Shown in pieces: positions 15,800-30,453 of a stretch of DNA of 64,000 nucleotides (position 1 is the stretch's first letter; each line of letters starts with the position of its first letter). The DNA is taken from NCBI RefSeq assembly GCF_009914755.1, contig NC_060933.1; one strand, 5' to 3'. The translations under genes were made by a program, and so were the position numbers. The notes below the pieces were generated by a model. That model was not told the origin of the DNA, searched no databases, and was given only the letters and a program-made list of their open reading frames with translations. The stretch is from the human T2T-CHM13v2.0 reference genome, Homo sapiens.

Positions 15800-16230
15800 T
15801 GACCAGAGCCTTCACCCTCTCCAGACCCACCCTCTCCACAGTGGTCTGTGCCCCAAAAAGCTGACCCACGTGGACTGCATCCATGGGCTCCTTTGCCCTC
15901 TGGCTGAGTTTGGCCAAAGGGAGATGTGGAAGGTGGAAAAGCAGTGAGGTCAGGGTATTTATCCTGCCTACAAATTCCCCAGGAACTGGCTACAACCCTC
16001 ATCATAGCTCTGTCAGGATCCCTCTCCACGCAGCTCTCTCTCTCACTCTGGGCTGCAGTAAGTATGCCCTCCTCTTACCCCTGGGGGAAGGATAGTAACA
16101 GCTCCGCCCATGGGCACTAGCCCAGGTACTGCCCTAGTCCCTTATGGGTTCCTTATACCCTGCCCACACCTTTGGAAACAGTCCCTTTATTAAAGTCTCC
16201 TCAATCTGGAAATCGTTCCCTTAGACAATT
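15800..16230 (+). mobile_element. LTR33-like (ERVL) near-complete 3' copy
   Basis: Same LTR33 motifs plus gaggtcagggtatttat and cacacctttggaaacagtccctttattaaa. Confidence 0.8.
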
Positions 16231-17114
16231 TCTTCTCAGAACAAAAAGTTCTTCCTAAATAAAACACATGACATTAAAACCAACCCTGCTAGAGTAAGAA
16301 ACATGGTAAATTGAAGAATATTTAAACCAACTGAAGGTAACAGTGATATAAGTATTCTAGATTAGTAATGAAACAAAATTTACATGCGCTCTGCTTAACT
16401 GAACAACATTCATTTAATAATTTTCCCCTGGAGTATTTTAACTGTGGATGCGGCTAGTTTAGAAATTCAAGACATCCAAACAGGATAATGGAAGGATCTG
16501 CCTCCCTGAGAAACAGGTACCCCAGTCTGGTTTTCTGCTGCCTCTCTTATTTCCCCTTCCTTCCTAAAGTGCCCTGGCACCTCCAAACTGTAGCCACAAA
16601 GTAGTCCTTCTCAGGCCACTGCAAAGTTTGCTTTTTCCTTTAAGTTTACTGTCAAGTTCATATTTGCAGGTGTGAATTTGCACAGACTAACAGTTTCCAA
16701 AATGTCATACACATAAAAGTGGTTTTAGGTGATATATGGATGAACATTTTTCATTTCAATATCTGTAGGTATAGAACAATATACAACTAGTAAATAAAAC
16801 CTGTGATTTCATAGATAGCATTGCTCAGTCATGGTACCACAGAGGCTAGGCTTTAAAAAATTATACAAATATTATACAAATTATAATTAAAATTACATTA
16901 TTTAAGAATATTAAAAATACTATACAAATAATAGAACAGCTGGCCAAAGGTTATGGCAAAAATTCTACAGTTGGTTTGCAAATGACTGAGTTTAGAAACA
17001 CTATCTTACAGTAAGGCAGGTAATTAAACAGCTTCGTTCCAAAAGGGTTTTGCCTTGTTCGTAAATTGTGGGGTTTTTTTTCCCCCACTCTAAATAAATC
17101 TTCACTTTTATATC

Positions 17115-17490
<376 letters not shown>

Positions 17491-19385
17491 TAGGTAAGCA
17501 GCACCACTAAGCAAGGGCTGCCAGTGATCAATCAGCTGGGAGCTGACCACACTGGGATGCATGTCTGGGAATGTGTGATGTGAGCACAGGAGGAGGGCCT
17601 CCTTGATAGAAAATGTCTTTCCCACAGCCAGCAGCATGCACGCTCAGTGGCTCCAAAATCCCTTTTGCCCTTTTCAAAGGAGTTAAAAACCACACCAGAA
17701 CATACTTCTCTCAGTGGAGCCAAATCTAGGAGTCTACCTGAGACAGGTGGATTGATGCTTGCAATGCCCTGAACAAACTTTTAGAGGGTGCCCTCTACAG
17801 GTTTAAGGTGGCCTCAACAAACCATTAACTAGCCTCAGCTGTGATCTCCTGAAGCTGAGAAGTCTTGTGGCAGTCTTTCAAGTTCTGGCAGAAACTCTTT
17901 TATATTGTATATCAGAGGAGAAAGAAAGTGAATCAATTTGACCCCTCTGCTCATCAATGCTACCACTGACCCTCTGAGCCCTACTACCTATTTCTCTCCC
18001 ATAGCATGCCACCCCAAAGAAACTCCTCTGCCCAGAGAAAGGGGACAACTTCAGGGGTGAACGAAACCCATTATTTATAAGCAAGGAAGGTCATAAGAAT
18101 TATTATTATTTTTTTAAAAGCTTAGAAGGATGAGCTCATCCAGAAGACATAACAATCCTAAATGTGTATGCTCCTAAAAAATAGTCAATACCACGCCTCT
18201 CTCAGTAATTGACAGAACAAGTAGACAGAAAGTCAGTAAGAATACAGAAGACTTGAACAGGGTTAACCCAATGACATATATATTCTATATCCCAAAACAG
18301 TAGAAGGTACATCCTTTCCAAGTGCACCTGGAACACTCACCAAGACAGACCATAAGCCGGGTCTCGAAACATGCAGAATATGTTCTCTGACCACAACTGA
18401 AGTGAAAAATAAATAACAAAAATATAACATAAAGAGCCCCCATATATTCAGAAATTAAACACACTTTTAAACAACTCACGGGTCAAAGAAGAAATCACAA
18501 GAGAAATTAGAAAATACCTTGGGCTGAATGATAAAAATATATTAAAACGTGTGGGATGCAGCTAAAACCATGCTCAGAGGGAAATTTATAGTTTTTAAAA
18601 GCCTATATAAGAAAAGAAAAAAGACTTGAAGATCAAATATCTAAGCTTCCATTAAAAAAAGAAAAAGAAGAGAAAATTAAATCCAAGGTAAGTACAAGGA
18701 GGCAATAATGTGTGTAAATCAATGAAATAGAAGACAGATACAGAAAAATCACCAAAACCAAGAGCAGGTTATGGAAATAAAAATCAACAAAACTGAGAAG
18801 TCGCTAGTTAGACTGATCAAGAGCAAAAAGAGGGAAGATAATTTATCAATATCAGGAATGAATGATGAGACATCGCTCAGATTCTAGAGGCATTAGAAGA
18901 GAATACTATGAACCAATCTCTTCGACAGCTAGACGAAGTGGATGTCTTTGAAAGATGTAAGTTATATAACTGACATGAGAAGAAATAAACATCTAAAAAG
19001 CTTTACATCTATTTTGCTAAAAGTGAATTTGTTATTAAAAATCTTCCCATGAAGAAAACTCCAGACCCACACAGATCCCTCAGTTAAATCTATCAACTAT
19101 CTAGGGAAGAAATAGTATCAATCATATGGAAATTCAGAAAACAGAGAAAAAATATTTCTCAACTCATTTAATGGATCAAGCATTATCCTGATACTGAAAC
19201 TAGAGAAAGACACTACAAAAGAAAAAGAAAGTTATAGACAATACTCTTCCATGAACAAAGATACAAAATTCCTTAATAAAATATTAGCAAATAGAATCCA
19301 GCAATATATAAAAAAGATAATATATCATGATCAAGTGTATTCCAGAAATGCAAAATTGGACTAACATTCAAAAATCAACCCATGC

Positions 19386-20009
<624 letters not shown>

Positions 20010-20550
20010 AAAATCAATCCATGCCATGTAACTTACCATATTAAAATAAAGGAAAATCATTTGATCACCTCAATAAATGCAGAAAAAACGTTTGACAAAA
20101 TTCAACACCCAATTGATGATTAAAAAAAAAAAAACACATACACACTTTCAGCAGAGTAGGACTAGAAGAGGGCAAAAGATCTGAACAGATACTTACTTTG
20201 TAACAAGGACATGCCAATCTTCAGGCCAGTAAGCACCTAAAAGGAGGCTCAACATCAATAATCAAAGGAAAATGCAAAATGTACTTGGCCTGCACTAGAA
20301 TGGCTAAAATAACAAGAACTGGCAATATGAAATGTCGGTGAGGATGCAGAGCAAGGAGACGTCGCATTCGCTGCCGGTAGGAGTACAAAGTGGCAGAACA
20401 ACTTTGGAAAGCTGTTTAGCAGTTTCTTATAGAGGTAAATATACACATACAACATAAGATTCAAGAATTCCACTCCTAGATATTTGCCCAAGAAAAGTAA
20501 AATGTTATATCTACACAAACACTTGTACACAAATGCTCATAGCAGTTTTA

Positions 20551-20861
20551 TTCTTTTATTCTTTTTTTTTTTTGGAGACAGGGTGTTGCTCAGGCTGGAG
20601 TGTGCGGTGATGTGATCATAGCTCACTGTAGCTGCAATCTCCCGGGCACAAGCAATCCCTCCGCCTCAGCCTCCTGAGTAGCTGGGACTACAGGTGTGTG
20701 CCACCATGTCCAACTAATTTTTTTTATTTTTAGTAGAGGTAAGGTCTCTCTATGTTGCCCAGGCTGATCTTGAACACTTGAGCTCAAGCGAGCCTCCCCC
20801 TTTGGCCTCCCAAAGCATTGGGATTACAATGTAGCATGAGCTACAGACCATGTGCCTGGTC
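20551..20861 (-). mobile_element. AluJ
   Basis: gatcatagctcactg, ctcaagcgagcctc; TSD cagttttatt. Confidence 0.92.
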
Positions 20862-21092
20862 CAGTTTTATTTTTATTACCCCCAAAACTAAAACAACCCA
20901 CATGTCTGTAAACAGGTGAACAGATTAAACACATTGTGGTATATCCATACAATGAAATACTACTCCATAATAAAAAGAATATACAATGCCTGAACAACTT
21001 GAATGAATCTTGAGAACCTATGCTGAGCAAAAGCAGCTGGGACACAAAACATGCTTCCATGCACCATATATGAACTCTCAAAAGACACATCT

Positions 21093-21220
21093 GGCTGGGC
21101 TTAATGGTTCACGTCTGTAATCCTAGCACTTTAGGAGGTCAAGGTGGGAGGATTGCTTGAGCCCAGGAATTCAAGACGACCCTGTCTCTATTTAAAAAAA
21201 AAAAAAAAGAAAGAAAAAAA
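21093..21220 (+). mobile_element. FLAM / Alu left monomer
   Basis: Single monomer with A tail; TSD aaaagacacat. Confidence 0.85.
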
Positions 21221-21544
21221 AGACACATTTAATCTAGAGTGACAGAGAGGAGACCAGAGTCTGCCTGGAGTGCAGACTGGGAGGGGGCAGATGACTGGGG
21301 TGGAGCATGAAGAAATTTCTGGGGTGATTATCCTATCTTATTTGGGGTGATATTTACATAGATGCATATATTTGTCAAAACTCATTGAACTGTACATTCA
21401 TAAACATAAAATACATAAAACTGGTATATTTTATTTTATGTAAGTTATACTTCAAGTTGATTTTTTAAAACATGCTCGGAACATGCATTGAATTCTCAGC
21501 ACTAATCTCAAATATTAATAGGATGAGAGTCAAATTCAGTGGGG

Positions 21545-21841
21545 TTTTTTTTTTTTTTGAGATGGAGTCTTGCTCTGTTGCCCAGGCTGGAGTGCAATGG
21601 CGCGATCTCAGCTCACTGCACACCTCCGCCTCCCGAGTTCTAGCGATTCTCCTGCCTCAGCCTCTTGAGTAGCTGGGATTACAGGCGTGCGCCACCGTGC
21701 CTGGCTAATTTTTTTGTATTTTTAGTAGAGACAAGGTTTCACTATGTTGGTCAGGCTGGTCTCGAACTCCTGACTTCGTGATCCACCTGCCTCAGCCTCC
21801 CAAAATGTTGGGATTACAGGCGTGAGCCACTGCACCCGGCC
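21545..21841 (-). mobile_element. AluS
   Basis: Full dimer; TSD caaatt(c/a)agtgg. Confidence 0.95.
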
Positions 21842-22409
21842 AAATTAAGTGGTTTTTAATAAGTCTTGGTTAGACAAGGCAAGAGACAGGATCTCCTAGG
21901 GACTCAGGTGATGAGAACTCAGGTTGCTTTGCTCTGCAGGCTGTGTCAGTGCTAGGGAGGCCATCAGCTCCCACCGTGGTGCCAAACCAGATGAGGTTCA
22001 GCAGCTGCTGTATCACCTGTGCCTGTTGAAACTACAGTCCTGAAAGACTCAGGCACCAAGCTTGGTTTTATAATCATTGCTGCATTCCCATCTGAGCCTG
22101 TGACCGGTCTTTACAGCTACGACCTGGGTGAAAATGGACGTGAACGTGTTCAGAGATAGCTGGAGAGGAGACGCAGACTCCACGTGCTGAGCAGAATTTC
22201 AGCAGGACAACCTCATCCTGTGAAGCCCTTTGGCTCTTTATTTGCCTGTCTGGACTATTAAGAGTTTCACATGTGTTTGAATAGAGAAAACATTTTTGAC
22301 ATATTTAAACCTGTACATTACTACTGAAGTAAGATATTTCCCTCAAAACAATTTTTGGATAGAAAATTCTTTTCATGTTGAATGGGAACAATTAATAAAA
22401 CAGGAAGAC

Positions 22410-22600
22410 AGTGCTGTAGTTTAGATCATGAAATCAGGCGTCCAACTGCCTTGGTCCAATTCCCAGCTCTATGAAGTAGGTGAGTTACTGGGCTTCAACT
22501 CTCATTTTGAAGTGAGGACAATAACAGTATCTTCTTTCATAAGGTGGCTGTGAAGACTAAATGCGTAAGGCATGGAAGGAGCCTGGCACATTTCCTAGTA
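22410..22600 (+). mobile_element. MIR
   Basis: ccaattcccagctct...gtgaggacaataacagtatc...gagcctggcaca. Confidence 0.65.
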
Positions 22601-22779
22601 CAACACACATGTATACCCGCACTAAGTGGTCAGTTATATGATGAAGATAACTCAGTACATTGAACTCTGACCCAGAATCCAAGTAACTGGGTCTTTTGCC
22701 ACAGTTTTCTCCACCACCTCACCTTAACCCAAAGCATATAGGGCAGTGTAATCAGCTGAAAAAATCCTGGCGCCGCTCT

Positions 22780-22910
22780 GGAAAAGTCTAGATTCCATCC
22801 TGGCCCTCCTCCTTGTACAGAGGGCCACAGCGGGCAAATCACCCAGCCCTCTGGCTTCGGTTTCCTCTTCTTTAGACAAGGTAATCTCTAAGGGTCCTTC
22901 CAGCTCTAGT
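22780..22910 (+). mobile_element. MIR3-like
   Basis: gggcaaatcac...tttcctcttc...atctctaagggtccttccagctcta. Confidence 0.6.
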
Positions 22911-24059
22911 CAGTTCGATACACATTTCCTAAAGCTTACTACATGCACAAAGAAGCAATTATACAGTTATAAAGACTGTCCATCTTTGAATGGTACATAC
23001 GGTAATTATTCCAGAAAACTCAAATTAATCAGAATACCCTATTTCTTAACCTCTGGGAATAACTGGAATCTATTATGCTTGATAGATTTCAGTGAAATCT
23101 ATCAGTATATAACAGCAGAACAATTCCAAGTACCATTCTGGCATAAAATACGTGTTCTTTGCCACTATCTAGGGGGGCCCATTACTAGAAATTTCTGAAG
23201 AAACTTGTAACTAGAAGGAACTATTGCAACTAAGCCTGAGGACTAAAGATGAGTATTTTAACAAGAACCCCAGGAAACAAATTTTGTAATCAAGGAAATT
23301 TACAGGAACACTACAGTTCACAAATGAATATTTGCTGTAGCTGAGTAGGCTGCCCTAATGTGGCTGTGTAGGATGCTCAGAGGGCATGTGTAATTAAAGG
23401 GCACATACCTCATCTGTCTTTCACTTGAGGATCTCAGAATAGAACAGATAAAAACAATTATTTACTTAAATGTCAACGGCTTTAGAAATAGAAGCCAGGA
23501 ATATAAGCATGCAGGTCTTCGAATTCTTAAATTTCAGACACCCACTCTTGTAAACAGGAGATCTGTTACAATTAACAGATGCAGCTGTAACTCAGATTCA
23601 GTTGTGTCGTATCAATCACTCCGTTTAATGCTCCAAATATCACCATATGCACCTACCCCATGAAGGCTGTAGCTTGACGCTCTGACTTGTGAAGTGGGGT
23701 GTGTGTGTGCGCTCGTGCACACAAGAAATATTTGAGTGGGTACAGTTCAAGAGCTAGGGACGTGGCTCATAATGATCCAGCAAAGAGTCTCTCTCACTCA
23801 GATCTCACCTTTGTCTTGACAGAGACTGTAGTGAATCACACTGTGAATGAGTCAACAATGCAACAGCGTTAAAGTCAACTGCTTAGAATTGTGTTAATAT
23901 AAAGGATTACATGTAAAATGGGAGATAATCATTCCATTTTGGTAAAAACACGTGTAGTACCAACATGAATAATAATGAGGGATGACAAATTGGAGCGTAT
24001 GTACAGAAGATGAATACAGCCAGTAATCCCTTTGAACACAGGTATACAAAGCCTTAACA

Positions 24060-24330
24060 ACAAGGGGAGAGTGTCTACCACAAAATAAGAGATGAGATGA
24101 CACAGCTACTCCTAAAACATGCAAATGGAAGTTGCTGAGTGAAGACAGATCAATTATCCTCAGTCGATGAGAATAATAAGACAGAGTGACAGCAGGAAAC
24201 ACTGAGGTTAAATATTAGGCAAAACGTAACAATGGGAAGAATGCTAGCAGAGGAGAGGCTGCCAGGAGAGTCGAAGAAATGACCGCCTGTAGAGGCATGC
24301 AGGGTTAAAGCTGGACACCTGCCTCATTAT
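24060..24330 (+). mobile_element. CR1/L3 remnant
   Basis: cagcaggaaacactgaggttaaatattaggcaaaac...ggctgccaggagag...gctggaca resembles the CR1 ORF2 3' region. Confidence 0.45.
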
Positions 24331-25494
24331 GAGTGGAATTATTCCTGCCACAGCTCAGGGAAACTGGAGAAGAGTGTCATTAGAGAGGTCTCTGCTGATC
24401 TAAATGGGTACGAAAACAAGGAGGCTGAGCTCTTGCTTATCAACATTTTTAACCCTCCAAAGTAAGTGAGGGTTTTGCCCACTGGGCAACAGTCTTGACA
24501 CTGAAACCCATCACATGCCCGTAAAAATGGCCCGCACGTGGCATATGTCGCAGCAGGCAAGAAGGCAACACAATGGCTGCTTGTTTCAGAGACAGAAGCT
24601 TGAAGCTGTCTGGGCGGCGGCTCTGGGTAATCACATCCCAAACACAGAACAGGATTTTTTCCCTGCCTGAAATGCTCTCTGATATTTTTCAGCCTTAATT
24701 CAAAGGTTTCTTTCTTTGTTGAGTTCAGAACAGTATAGCATGTTTTCTGTTGTTAAACAACGTAAAGCATTTACACTTGATTAGCTGTAGTATGAGTATC
24801 AGCAGGACTTGGAAACTTTTCATCATCTTCATGAAGGTTCTGAGGGTCCGCTGACAGCCCTGGGAAATAGTGTTTTTCCAGATTTCCACTGTAAATAATG
24901 GCTGACCATTGGCCTCTGTGTTTCAAGGCCTGATGAAGGCAGCAGGGCACAGGACAGAACCGCTGCTTTCGTGAACTAGCGAAGGAGCCTCATGCTGGGG
25001 AGGCGCTGCTTTCTACAGTCCCTTCCCACTTAGGGTAGCACAGCCTGGCCATATCCACAGGGGCCCTAAACACTCTACAGCTAAAAAGCCTTCTTCTGCT
25101 CTCTCTCTCTCTGAAAGATGACAATATGTGCTGTGCACCCTTAGCGCTATTTTCTCCATGAAGTGAAAGGCACTTCAGTGAATCAATCCATGTTTGGAAA
25201 TATATTCCAAAAGTTGATAGATTTAAGAATTATAATGATAATCTCCAAAGGAATCATATAATCCTGGAGACAGAAGACAACTGAGAGGATAGCTAGTCTA
25301 AATTTGTTACTCGATGGACAGGCTAGCTGACTGGTTTAAAGACTTCTATCTAGTGGTAGGCAAAGCTGGGACTGGAACTCAGATCCTTCTGAATGTTTTC
25401 TTTCCCCCATACACTAGTCTGAGATAGAGACATTTAAAATGTGGCTACTGATAAGCATTGTGAACCAATAAACTCTTCCAAAAGGCAGATTTAA

Positions 25495-25854
<360 letters not shown>

Positions 25855-26362
25855 TGATAGGAGTATTATATTCTGATCCACTCTTACTTTTCCAGCAATA
25901 AATTCTGGTCATAGTTTACATGTAATCGAAATTATCCCACTAGGTTTTGAGAAAGCTTGATCTATTTTCAAACACAGATTCAAGAAATCATGAGTTTGTG
26001 TTTAAAGTGGATGCTTGGACATACTCAACTCCATCCCGGCTGGGTGCTATTTTATGCTCAATTAGTATCTGTTTTGGTATTTTCTTTAAATCTTTTGGAA
26101 TAAAACAGTAATCCTGTTAAATAAATTTTTGTAAATATTCTTGGCATTCTTTCCTTTAGTGAAGAGGAAAGCTGGATGAAGTTCATAGTAAGATGGTTTC
26201 ATTTTATCTGAATTTTAAGTAACTGGCTAATGATTTTCATTCCACAGATGTGGACGACATTTCAGCATTGATTCAAATACACTTGATTCATCTATTTTGG
26301 TTTGCAAGAAAGTTTCTAATATAAAAATAAAACTTTAAAAAGCCGAACATAAATTTCTAAAC

Positions 26363-26532
26363 CTGTGCTGCAATGGCCAGTAAAATATTAAAGCATAATG
26401 TTCAGCTAAACTATTTCCAAGCCATACATCATTTTCTGTTTGGGTCCTACCCAACTGTTTCAAAGTTCATTTTTACAGTGTTCAGGGATAATAGCAACCG
26501 TATCATTCACAGGAGCCATGGCCAGTCAATTT
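26363..26532 (-). other. Candidate exon (strong 3' splice site, weak donor or terminal exon)
   Basis: Minus strand cttaat branch-like motif, then attccatttcctctctgtag|AAATTGAC; only a weak CAG|gtttag donor at 26363; early stops in all three frames. Confidence 0.25.
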
Positions 26533-27384
26533 CTACAGAGAGGAAATGGAATTGTTCCAAACAGATTAAGTTTTAGCGTAGAGAACAAAGACCCCCTGAG
26601 GTTAGCATTTCTGAAACAAAATGGCCAGAAATTAAGTTTAGATAATTTCAAGGGATATATTTCAAGTGTGACTAGCTTAAAGTGGCAGGCCCCCTAACTT
26701 AAACATGAAAATTTTTAAAGCCCCCAGAAGCAGCAAGCAGAAGAAGATGGGAACAAGGGAGACACCTATATCATGGCAAAAGTATTTATGACACTAACAG
26801 CTGTAAGGAGCCAGGCTCAGTGCCCCAGCCTCCCCTCATTTGTCCACCACTGCTGGAGAATGTGCCCTTTCTCATTAGCAAAGGTTTCAGATCCTTCATG
26901 CCTATCTCTTCGAATGCCTACGCTTAATTTTTTCTATTTTTATGAGTATCTTTTTAAAACAAAGATATACTTACATTTATTCCTAACGAGAAAACAACTT
27001 AACTTTTGTGAATGTTATGAGCATCGGCTCCTGTGCTTTATATTTATAGTTCTGTCCATCTCCTCTCTTGTTATATAAGCATTGGCTCCTAGCTGTTGTT
27101 AGTATGTGCGCTGCATGTTTCCAAATTCGTTACCCTGACAACCCGGAGAAAATGGGCTTTGTGAGAGGGTCTTTGACAGTATGGGAAACCCATAACAGCA
27201 CTTTCGGTTAGGCCTCCTCTCCATACTTCTTGGTTCTTGACTGCGTTCCAATTTATTACGGGGGTTAAAAAATGAATAGTGAATAAGTGAGTGTGCCCTT
27301 CTATGATGTTGACTACCCACCCAGAGTAAGTACTGATCTGATTGTGAGGAGAGTGGAGAAGGTGGTATAGAAGCTGAAAGGGTT

Positions 27385-27570
27385 AAAAATATGGGCTCCA
27401 GTGAACCTGGGGAAGTAATTAATCACTCTGAGCATCAGTTTCCTCATTCATAAAATGAAGATTGTAGTTGCACCTAGTTCAGAAGGTTGTTAGGATTAAA
27501 TAAGGTAATCAGTGTTAAGTGCTTAGAACAGTGTCTGACAGAGTAATCACTCAATAAATAACAGCTGCCA
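27385..27570 (+). mobile_element. MIR
   Basis: ctctgagcatcagtttcctcattcataaaatgaag...aagtgcttagaacagtgtctgaca...ctcaataaata. Confidence 0.85.
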
Positions 27571-27573
27571 GCA

Positions 27574-28466
27574 GTGATGGTGGTGGTTGATAGCGATTGT
27601 GGTGGTGCTGGTGCTGGTGGTGGAGGTGATGGTGGTGGTGGTGCTGGTGATGGTGGTGGTGATGGTGGTGGGGGGTGGTGGTGGGGATGGAGGTGGTGAT
27701 GGTGATGGTGGTGGTGGAGGTGCTGGTGGTAGAGGTTATGGTGGTGGTGGTGATGGTGGGGGTGGAGGTGGTGATAGTGGTGGTGGGGGTGGAGATGGTG
27801 ATGGTAGTGGTGATGGTAGAGGTTATGGTGGTGGTGGTGATGGTGTTGGTAGAGGTGATGGTGATAGAGGTGATGGTGATGGTGGTGGTGGGGGTGATGG
27901 TGACAGGAGGTGGTGGCGATGATGGAAATGATGGTGGTAGTGAAGGTGATGGTGGTGGTGGTGATGGTAGTCGAGGTGATGGTGGTAGTGATGGTGGTGG
28001 TGGTGGAGGTGATGGTAGTGGAGGTGATGGTGGTGGAGATGATCATGATGGTGGTGGTGGTGATGGTGGAGGGTGTGGTGGTAGTGAAGGTGATGGTGGT
28101 GGTGGTAGAGGTGATGGTAATGGTGGAGGTGATGGTGGTGATGGTGGTAGTGAAAGTGATGGTGGTGATGGTGGAGGGTGTGGTGGTAGTGAAGGTGGTG
28201 GTGGTGGTGATGGCAGAGGGTGTGGTGGTAGTGAAGGTGATGGTGGTGGTGGTAGAGGTGATGGTAGAGGTGATGGTAATGGTGGAGGTGATGGTGGTGA
28301 TGATGGTGGTAGTGAAAGTGATGGTGGTGATGGTTGAGGGTGTGGTGGTAGTGAAGGTGATGGTGGTGGTGGTGGAGGTGATGGTAGAGGTGATGGTAGT
28401 AGTGATGGTGATGGTGGTGGTGATGCTGGAGGTGATAGTGATGGTGGTGGTGGTGGTAGTGTTGGT
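27574..28466. repeat. Degenerate (GGT/GAT)n trinucleotide repeat with higher-order units (VNTR-like)
   Basis: About 890 nt; gagggtgtggtggtagtgaagg recurs at 28069, 28174, 28216 and 28336. Confidence 0.97.
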
Positions 28467-30108
28467 ATTATGCCTGTGAAGTAATATTCAGGCTCCTTTG
28501 TGCCTTCAGTAACTCCTTCACTGCCAAGATGGTCAATGAAAATTTCAGCCACTAAGACAAATCACTCTAGCCAAGTATCAGACAGGACCACAAATACAAA
28601 ACTGGGTATTTTCAATAACATAAGAACAAGAGAAAGAAGGCGGCAAGGAGAATTTGGATTGGTGATATTGATACCTAACCCCCATCCTAAATTCTCTTAC
28701 TTAAACCTTGAACCAAGGACGTGCAATTCTTATAAGACAGCGGTCTGTTTTAGAAAGTGGAAGGCATAATGTTTAAGCACAAGGGATCAAACTGGTCTGC
28801 TTTGATGAAGTCCTTTCCGATACAAGGACATATTACCCATATTTTAAGCTTTCCCATGGTACTATGCTAATGCATGTTCAACGCTACATCTAAAATCCCA
28901 CAACCCTTCCAGCAATTCCATACTCAGTTCTTATTTTAAACTCATTGTATTTACATGCCTACACCTTTTCAATAAAGGCTTTTTAAAAGTGAAAGTACAA
29001 TAAACTTACATACATTGTGTATGCATTATGACTTTTATTTATCTGGATTTACAGCATTTGCAGGTAGTTTCACTTAAGTCAAAAAGGTTTGGGAAGGTGA
29101 AAAAGTTCAGATCCCTTAATCTTTTCTTCTGAAAATAAATTATTCATGAAGCTCTCTCCCTCATTCCCAAATGGTTAGGTTTAAACAATTGCTTAAAGTG
29201 CTGATTTTAACTGACGAACACATTATTCATAAAGCCTACAGCCCAGGAAACACTTACTTGCTAACTGGTCATTTTCATCTGATCAATGACTTCACAGAGT
29301 TGAAACATACCACAGTGGAATGTGCTTCTAGCGCGAGGCCATGGCATTAAGTGCCTGACTCTCATGAACAAAGCAAGCTGGTTAATGGTCATTTTACGGT
29401 CCACATACTACTCTGAAATCTATTAGAGTGTGGCTTAGTCAACCTTATCAGAGATGATTTGGGGGTACTCAGCACAGTGGGAACCTTCCTGTAACAGGTT
29501 AATGGATCAATTTATTTATTTCAAATCTGTTCTTTTCAAGTTGAAAAGCCACTAAAGACTTTCCAAGAGATCAGCTCAATAACCACAAGGAGAGGCAGTG
29601 ATGCTGGATCTGTTGCTCTTGGTCCTTCTCTGTCACTTATGGTTCAGAGCCACCGGCTCTCTGGTGACACCACAGCAGAGCTGAGTGAGATGAAAGTCTG
29701 GCTTTGCCTCTTAGGAGTCTACATGTCGATTAAAGTCCTGGGATACCTTATGTTGCAAGGCATCACCTCACTTTTTCTTGAACAAAAAATAAAGGATTCC
29801 ACTTAACAGACCCTAGGCTGTTCCCCTTTCTTGATAAATGTTATTTCAAATTTTTGATAAAAACATGTCACTAACTTTAGACCTGTATCACCACCACCAC
29901 CCGCTGGGAATTCTCTTTTTAAATTAACACTTTTTCAGAGTATTGTTTTGCAAAATATAACGCACCATTGGAAAGTAACCAAGCATCAGCAAGACAGCAG
30001 GTGACCTTCAGAGACCCGGGAGTCTTTAGTGCTCGCAACCATGCGCATCCCAGAGAGGACTTCCACCTTGCAGTATGGTCTGACGCCTAAGAATAAAGAC
30101 TGCATTTT

Positions 30109-30410
30109 GGCCAGGGGTGGTGGCTCACACCTGTAATTCCAGCACTTTGAAAGGCTGAGGTGGGAGGATTGCTTGAGGCCAGGCATTCGAGATCAGTCTG
30201 GGAAACACAGTGAGAGCCTGTTTCTTTAAAAAAAAAAAAAAAACAAAACAAAACCAAAAGCAACTGATTTGCCAGGCATGGTGGCATGTGCCTGTAGTCC
30301 CAGCTACTCAGAAGGCTGGGACAGGAGGATCACTTGATCCCAGGAGGGCTGCAGTAAGCCATAATTGTGCCACTGCACTCCAGCCCAGGCAAAAGAGCCA
30401 GACCCTGTCA

Positions 30411-30453
<43 letters not shown>

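Noticed and set aside
15387-15947. 186-aa ORF
   Set aside because: Spans LTR33 remnants, non-ATG start, no recognisable domain
27474-28552. Long Gly-, Val/Met-, His/Thr- and Pro-rich ORFs (111-220 aa)
   Set aside because: Open in most frames on both strands only because the trinucleotide repeat is nearly stop-free; no splice or promoter context
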